Shown here: piece after piece, positions 9,501 through 13,820 of the stretch
How positions within the stretch are numbered: the stretch's first letter is position 1
How the letters are laid out: each line of letters opens with the position of its first letter
From: Amoeboradix gromovi X-113
Lineage: Eukaryota > Fungi > Sanchytriomycota
Assembly: GCA_018985225.1 (NCBI GenBank)
Contig: JADGIF010000226.1
Coordinates: 1 to 13,820, forward strand
Reading direction: 5' to 3'
DNA: 13,820 bases
Notes under the pieces: generated by a model
The model's input: only the letters and a program-made list of their open reading frames with translations
What the model was told of the DNA's origin: nothing
Database searches by the model: none
Program-made: the position numbers and the translations under genes

Positions 9501-12388
9501 ACTAACAACTGAAATCGAGACCAGATATTTGAAACATCTGGAAATGATAGATAGAGATCTCTAGTGGCATCGTATGATATGCTATTTGTATTAAGAATGC
9601 CGCATGTGTCGGAAGTCAACGTAGCTGATAAATTCATTGCAGCCGATCCAAAAGTCACTTTAAAGTAATCACTAAAAGGTAGAGCCAAGGTTCTGTTACC
9701 AAACAATGTTGCTATTTTTCCGTCACTATAAGTCTGGAGCATGGAACTGACATTTTCTATGCTATAAACGCCATTTCCGTACAAGCTTGTAGTATTGAAT
9801 GTCATCAATGGACAGTATTTTGATTGAATACGAAATTGAATATCAAACGACCTAGTGCAAGGACTGTACTCCAGTGGGTTAGATATATAAATCATGTTAT
9901 TAATAAAGTTTGAGTTGTTCAAGGTAACAATTGAATTTGAGTATGGAAAAGTAGTGCCTTGAAGGGATACTTGAACTTCAAATGACCTTGACATATAATT
10001 ACTAAGAAGTGATGCTGTGCTAACTAGAGGTGCCAGTGCGAGCTGATCAGAAGAAGATGACAAGTTGATCTCTGGGTTGAAGCTAGAGTCGATATAGTTT
10101 GGACCGCTGGCCTTTAGAGGATCATCTAGATTAGATTTGAACTTGCAGGTGCCATATGTACCCTGTATAGTAGGCTGAAAATAGAATAGAGTGTTATTGA
10201 AGACAGACGGCAACTCAAACATCATCTTACCGTCAAATAATGAATTAATAAGGTTGACGCTGATAGATTGAGTAGCAGGACAGCCAGAAAGTTGAATTGT
10301 GGCAGAAAGAGTGTCAACTTGAATCGGAAACGAGTTGTCCAAAAGGTTTAAAAATGAAGAAGTGAAATTTAAAGTAAATTTTGCGTTGCTATAATAGACA
10401 GATTCTAACCAGTTTGTCACGAAATACTCCGAAGATCCGGCGTTGAACGTTATTCTTGTGGTAAAGTCACACGCAGAGTACGACGCAGAGCTGAAAACAG
10501 AAATATCAAGAGAGTAGAAGGTAGCAACATCATATGATCTCTCGTCAACAGGTATTTCTAATGTAGAAGCACTAAGATTGATTATGGAGGCTGTGAAATT
10601 TGATAATAAATCAGGCCCACAGCGTTTACCACTAAGAGAGAATGAAATGTTTAGTCCCCTGTCTATATAATCAGACAGAGCAGACTTGAATGGTAGCGGC
10701 ATTGGAATCACCATCAGGTTACCGGATTTAAATGTGATCTGCTTGAAAACAGTAGCAGACAAGGCAGTATCACGGTATGCAGTAGAAGAGCCAATATTTC
10801 TGGTAGTGTTTAGAGCGTCGTTACATAAAGTACCATTCAAATAGGCAATTAAATTGTAATCAGAGTTAAACTGCTGAAAATTGGACTTTTCAATTTGGAA
10901 ATATAGAACTGTCCCACTTTGTACCCCAACTGAAGACTGGGATTTGCAGACATTTGACACATACAGAGTTGAGTTTATGATGGTGGTTGGGCTATAGATG
11001 TTTTTGCCTTGAGATAACAAATCAGAAATGTCTATGGCGTAATGAGTTGCATTTACGAAGTCGTTATACTTTACGAGAGGAGCGACTGATGTTAGGAAAT
11101 CATTTGAATTCGGGATAAAACTGTAGGCTTTGCTGAATGCAATGATAGCATTAGCATTGTTGGAGTACTTCATTCCAGTAATCTTCGCTCCTGTGAAATT
11201 GAACTGAAAATTAGGTCGTGGTACCAAATTTGATTGCGCACTGTCCCGGAATAAAGTTAACGCAGTGTTATTTGAGCAATATTTATGGATGCTTGAGGAT
11301 GAAACTTGAAAATAATTACTAAATTCATACTGTGATGGTGTGAAGCCGTCGTATGTAATGCTGAAACCTCGGTTTTGATTAGTTATGACTAAATTTGAGT
11401 TATTCCAATATGCGCTAATTGCCAGACTTCCTGACCCTTTTGTTGTGGTATAGTACGGAGTAGAGATATCATTATCTAAATAAACATTTATTGCTTTGCC
11501 ACCGGTATTTCCTACATCAAAAATAGTGTTTTTGAAATAATATCGAGTATACGCGCTATCAGTGTATCCTACGACAATGAAACTTGAAGTAAATAATTTA
11601 AAATTGTATTTGACTGCTTTATCACCGGAAATATAAAGAAACGTGTTGTCAGAAGGCACAGACATATTGAAGTCAAAAGTGGGAAATTCTCCTCGAGAAC
11701 TAACATCTGTGATTATATACGACGACTTAACGGATTGGGAAGATGTTGTGATTCCAGAAAAATCAGTGTAAATAGTTGTAGCATTAGTGGAAACAAGATA
11801 TGTGTTTCCGGAAATAGTTTTAAGATATAGAAATTGGTTATCCGCTACAACGGTAGATAAATAAAAATTACTTGCTGTGCCAACCTTATTAATATATAAC
11901 TGACCGCTATCTCCAATATTGGAAAGATAAATAATATAAATGTCATTAGAACTCATTCTTACCTCTACGTTTAAGTTATTATTAGTTATGGACGCCTTAA
12001 TGCTCGATAAAGCATGTGACACATCGCCCCACAAAGAAAGTTTCTGTAGCTGAACGGGGTTATCGCAGTTGTCTGTAACATCATGAATTGTGATACTAAA
12101 CGTAGTTCCAGGATTCCACTGAATTTTGTACACCTTCTTTAATGCTTCGTAGTAGGCATACGAAGTAGTAGTTTGGAAATATCCTCCGCAAATTTGCCAG
12201 GGAGCGGAGGCCGTGTTTGGATAATACATGTTGCTACCGTCTCTCGTCAAAGCATAATAAGTAGTATTCAAGTCAATTACGTATCCTTTGCTTCCGCTGT
12301 TAATGCTTTCTGGTACTATAGGCATACCTAGTCTGTCTGGAATAGGGGTAAGGAAAACAGCGGTGTAAACAAACTGGTAAAAGAGCAT
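6560..12388 (-). CDS. Large cell-surface receptor-like protein: signal peptide, ~1400-aa beta-rich ectodomain, Cys-rich (EGF/laminin-like) stalk, multi-TM (GPCR-related/TRP-C-like) domain
   Basis: Uninterrupted ORF. The ATG at 12386-12388 gives 1942 aa (the track starts at an upstream TTG). Hydrophobic N-terminus MLFYQFVYTAVFL, many N-x-S/T sequons, IPT/TIG-like segment PPVIQK...IKVVGSNMG, Cys-rich CANCPVGALC...CIPSDAC...CNDGYEGNRCGSC...CGLCP, then TM helices with INYFQ, APEC and FKPY motifs. Confidence 0.8.
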   Translation of the reverse strand: MLFYQFVYTAVFLTPIPDRLGMPIVPESINSGSKGYVIDLNTTYYALTRDGSNMYYPNTASAPWQICGGYFQTTTSYAYYEALKKVYKIQWNPGTTFSITIHDVTDNCDNPVQLQKLSLWGDVSHALSSIKASITNNNLNVEVRMSSNDIYIIYLSNIGDSGQLYINKVGTASNFYLSTVVADNQFLYLKTISGNTYLVSTNATTIYTDFSGITTSSQSVKSSYIITDVSSRGEFPTFDFNMSVPSDNTFLYISGDKAVKYNFKLFTSSFIVVGYTDSAYTRYYFKNTIFDVGNTGGKAINVYLDNDISTPYYTTTKGSGSLAISAYWNNSNLVITNQNRGFSITYDGFTPSQYEFSNYFQVSSSSIHKYCSNNTALTLFRDSAQSNLVPRPNFQFNFTGAKITGMKYSNNANAIIAFSKAYSFIPNSNDFLTSVAPLVKYNDFVNATHYAIDISDLLSQGKNIYSPTTIINSTLYVSNVCKSQSSVGVQSGTVLYFQIEKSNFQQFNSDYNLIAYLNGTLCNDALNTTRNIGSSTAYRDTALSATVFKQITFKSGNLMVIPMPLPFKSALSDYIDRGLNISFSLSGKRCGPDLLSNFTASIINLSASTLEIPVDERSYDVATFYSLDISVFSSASYSACDFTTRITFNAGSSEYFVTNWLESVYYSNAKFTLNFTSSFLNLLDNSFPIQVDTLSATIQLSGCPATQSISVNLINSLFDGKMMFELPSVFNNTLFYFQPTIQGTYGTCKFKSNLDDPLKASGPNYIDSSFNPEINLSSSSDQLALAPLVSTASLLSNYMSRSFEVQVSLQGTTFPYSNSIVTLNNSNFINNMIYISNPLEYSPCTRSFDIQFRIQSKYCPLMTFNTTSLYGNGVYSIENVSSMLQTYSDGKIATLFGNRTLALPFSDYFKVTFGSAAMNLSATLTSDTCGILNTNSISYDATRDLYLSFPDVSNIWSRFQLLVTGVSDLCLFSLNYSFSAGTDNYLNTTLSNVVVNADDISFVNPNVLRIDGQYSKLFSSYANIESHATINNCFTTSGAYDTFAIPAEFLNNTANYTLYNNITSYNCKQQYNYTFTAGNPPVIQKAYLDVDSLYTPNLNIKVVGSNMGVLSASNCTRYMIRINSVALIPVIWTNTLIVASVAPGFNINANQISAAISIGPFDYDVPVVVPFTEFSTWMNNNLQNGTQVVTFKLNSNGISDGEWSINNDNSLHGAFVKTNGLVNEDVIVQLPRNKLANKLTIAYKWTSSNIVIPGLIVLNIRRTPIIGGQSISSSISNSNGNYEFSFKLSDYVKYSLVDYEYLVNTYTSSTSNGQLTTNNSPSNTPNSSYKINATFKILNKVLGTATYEGLEDGFNTTIGEFAIINNVETIDFEQGLVRWIFDDQDNNYLFKTGDFPLMLNVSFKDVLKWDSIALFTIATTLDCQNGTYPNVFGSLNKRNKIPLCANCPVGALCSSTGLQVPIGQKGYYELVSNGQYQYAACIPSDACTGSQICNDGYEGNRCGSCSLQHYRTGGNICGLCPKMSAAAIALIAVAVIMIFVFVLYIMLKYGRYFAAISIAINYFQILYIFKSLFMNWSDKVMDMFEIFSIFSFNIELAAPECVNPAINYFSKGEFMFLLPPTILIALIMVSIILAPPFNYPYLYLRGLLHKKPIVLPRFEISKIESNLSNGLRGFHILLQLMYVSLTSWALGYFNCYQFGDQTVMTKSPTFECNTGLHLYNLPYFLMAVIFYVVGIPLYFSTLYVLMYQTKVQSALANKIKEKLHLILRTDVSIFKRDTQFIIVAQIMMKFVILMVQNFISTQSGQAEDQIATQAVIIQLALFTYIGFLIYFKPYNEKDHTLADIFCQICSVLTIGCGILFLTTPRPSTRIEGLTVIVIGITTACIVSSVLFVAKDIRRGTRDILEKRKSSDDDEGARNSVRSTVIAARKSIKKADFNKNAAF

Positions 12389-12467
12389 TCTCAAATCGAA
12401 TAATGACCTATGAGACGTGTCTCATTTACAAGTTGGAATCACATCATGCGCTGTTAAATAATAAACC

Positions 12468-13355
12468 TTATTTATTCATAGCATTCAACTTCTTTGTCCA
12501 ATATTGTTCAAAATCGATTTGCTTTGCTCTGATATCATATCCCACGAATTCTGACAAATCCGAGGTGTCTAGTTCAACATCGAATGGTCTAACAGCTTCA
12601 CCGACCTGTTTGTTTATCGGATTTAAGTGATCATAGCTAGCATTCATGGCTTTGGCCATAATCTTGCACATTTCGTATTTGGTGAAACATTTCGGTCCAC
12701 AAAAATGATAAATCGCCTTAGGTAGCTTATTCTTATGCAGTTGGGCGTAAAAAGCTACTAGCATGTCCGCGACATCCAACACATTTGCTGGAAATCTCTT
12801 GCAGTAATTATCAACATCTCTTTTTGATTTATCCATAACATGACCAACCAAGGAGTCAATTGCTCCATCATTCACCTTTGTCAAGTGTCCATATAAAACG
12901 GGTACACGGATTATAATACCTTTTTTATAACCTAAAACACAATTTTCAGCTATCACTTTAGACTTGCCATAATCACTTAAAGGATTAGTCAAATCAGTTG
13001 GAAAGTACGGAGGTTGTTTACCGTCAAAAACGTAGTCAGTTGAAATAAATATTAAAGGAATGTCATTATTTATACACGCCTGTAACAGATATTTAGTAGT
13101 TCCTTCTGTTACTTGCTTCGCTTTACTTATGTCACTTTTAAATGCATCAGGCTGTCTTTCAGCAACCAAGTGAATCACAGAATGAAAACTGTGCGTGATA
13201 AACAAGCCATCAATTTGCAGTTTATCAGTTAGATCAATTTTAAACAAATCTGGATTGGAACTGTTGTGACATGTTCCTAACACCAGGTAATGTGCCTTGA
13301 GCTGTTTATAGACTGCGCTTCCCAAAAGACCTGTTGCACCAGTAACAAGAATCAT
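12468..13355 (-). CDS. MAT2B: Methionine adenosyltransferase 2 beta subunit-like / RmlD-family extended SDR (NAD(P)-binding)
   Basis: The ATG at 13353-13355 gives 295 aa (the track starts at an upstream TTG). Motifs: ILVTGATGLLG, ISTDYVFDG, YGKSK (YxxxK), RVPVLYG. AERQPD, RFP and FTKYEM resemble eukaryotic MAT2B (AERRPD, RFPT, MTKYEM) more than bacterial RmlD. Confidence 0.8.
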   Translation of the reverse strand: MILVTGATGLLGSAVYKQLKAHYLVLGTCHNSSNPDLFKIDLTDKLQIDGLFITHSFHSVIHLVAERQPDAFKSDISKAKQVTEGTTKYLLQACINNDIPLIFISTDYVFDGKQPPYFPTDLTNPLSDYGKSKVIAENCVLGYKKGIIIRVPVLYGHLTKVNDGAIDSLVGHVMDKSKRDVDNYCKRFPANVLDVADMLVAFYAQLHKNKLPKAIYHFCGPKCFTKYEMCKIMAKAMNASYDHLNPINKQVGEAVRPFDVELDTSDLSEFVGYDIRAKQIDFEQYWTKKLNAMNK

Positions 13356-13408
13356 TTTCAAGTTTTACCCCGACAAGCAAGAAAGATTCCACAATTTTTA
13401 TATAGAAA

Positions 13409-13720
13409 TGTGATATAAGAGATTACTCATATCCATTGAGCCTTATATTGCAAAAATCGTTTGTAGTTTAAACTGTTGAAGAATTAAGATGTCAATTATT
13501 TTCCTCTGGACTTAAAGAGAATGCTTCATCGCTCCGAAGACTATAAGGAGACAGCCGTACGGCATGGACGGGGAGAGATGCCTGCTCACCACATTGTGGT
13601 CTTTGACGCGGTTCACGCACTTAACACATATGCGCAGGTCTAACTTTGAAGATTTAGAATGTCAAATGATTTGGCATTCTAAATCTTCAGCCGTTGGCGT
13701 GAAAGTGAAAAAGACAAAAA
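13409..13720 (+). ncRNA. Candidate structured non-coding RNA, family unassigned
   Basis: About 55% GC over 13531-13640 (hand count 61/110) against an AT-rich background, with no long ORF. Helices: 13409-13419/13442-13452 (11 bp, 2 GU), 13536-13546/13594-13604 (11 bp, 3 GU), 13612-13618/13697-13703 (7 bp), 13647-13666/13670-13689 (20 bp, 1 GU). The non-Watson-Crick pairs in these helices are GU only on the plus strand. Confidence 0.45.
13647..13689. repeat. Near-perfect 20-bp inverted repeat with a 3-nt spacer
   Basis: TGAAGATTTAGAATGTCAAA-TGA-TTTGGCATTCTAAATCTTCA. The arms are 19/20 complementary, and the one mismatch is a U-G wobble on the plus strand. Confidence 0.95.
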
Positions 13721-13820
13721 ATAAACTCTCAATATCATAGGACTTCTTTTTATTGGTACTGGTATTTTGTCACCATTCAACACTTTGCAGATCTACGACT
13801 TGGAGCAATTTTTTCGCATC

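Noticed and set aside
3329-12630. Short plus-strand track ORFs (3329, 3899, 4172, 4902, 5036, 6594, 8553, 12403) and the minus-strand ORF at 7653
   Set aside because: They are antisense or off-frame shadows of long, well-supported CDSs and have no recognisable motifs.
12468-13355. Bacterial rmlD in a polysaccharide operon
   Set aside because: No rmlABC neighbours, MAT2B-type motifs are present, and the flanking genes are eukaryotic.
13537-13545. AAGACTATA matches the 5' end of vertebrate U3 snoRNA and resembles a group I intron P7 strand
   Set aside because: No box A, C or D motifs follow in the right order, and no other group I core elements are present.
13570-13625. Minus-strand resemblance to the SRP RNA S-domain (GTGAACCG...GAGCAGG...CTCCCC)
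   Set aside because: It lacks the CAGG/GNRA-tetraloop helix 8 geometry, the flanking stem does not pair, and the GU bias of the main helices favours the plus strand. An Infernal search would settle it.
13640-13695. Hammerhead ribozyme (CTGAAGA on the minus strand) or SECIS element (ATGA-N11-AAA on the plus strand)
   Set aside because: No GAAA follows the would-be stem II and the core is sequestered in the hairpin. The SECIS helix II does not pair.
1-13820. Alternative genetic code (TAA/TAG=Gln or TGA=Trp) to explain in-frame stops in the left 2 kb
   Set aside because: The four intact genes run to 1942 codons without internal stops and end in TGA, TAG, TAA and TAA. The left region also contains frameshifts, so the stops reflect decay.
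13770-13820. Possible 3' end of a minus-strand gene (DAKKLLQVVDLQSVEW*)
   Set aside because: Only 16 codons at the window edge, too short to support.
1-13820. CRISPR array or tandem guide array associated with the TnpB-like fragment
   Set aside because: I saw no regularly spaced direct repeats by eye; a self dot-plot would confirm this.

Overview
AT-rich, gene-dense window that reads as eukaryotic DNA in the standard genetic code. Four closely spaced, co-oriented minus-strand genes have no apparent introns: a MAT2B/RmlD-like SDR protein, a ~1940-aa ectodomain plus multi-TM receptor-like protein, a divergent TRP-like/FLC-type membrane protein, and a CCDC146/MBO2-like ciliary coiled-coil protein. 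That gene content suggests a flagellate lineage with a compact genome, possibly a zoosporic fungus (inference only). The ORF track misses the most interesting features. (1) A 5'-truncated, stop-interrupted Fanzor2 (eukaryotic IS607-TnpB-type RNA-guided nuclease) relic lies at 1654-2004 on the minus strand, with a candidate omegaRNA-bearing 3' flank, an A-rich tail and a 6-bp flanking direct repeat. (2) A decayed plus-strand gene surrounds it (1-1478 and possibly 2039-2179). (3) An unannotated GC-enriched, helix-rich island at ~13409-13720 looks like a plus-strand structured ncRNA. All family calls come from manual translation and motif recall; no database searches were run.
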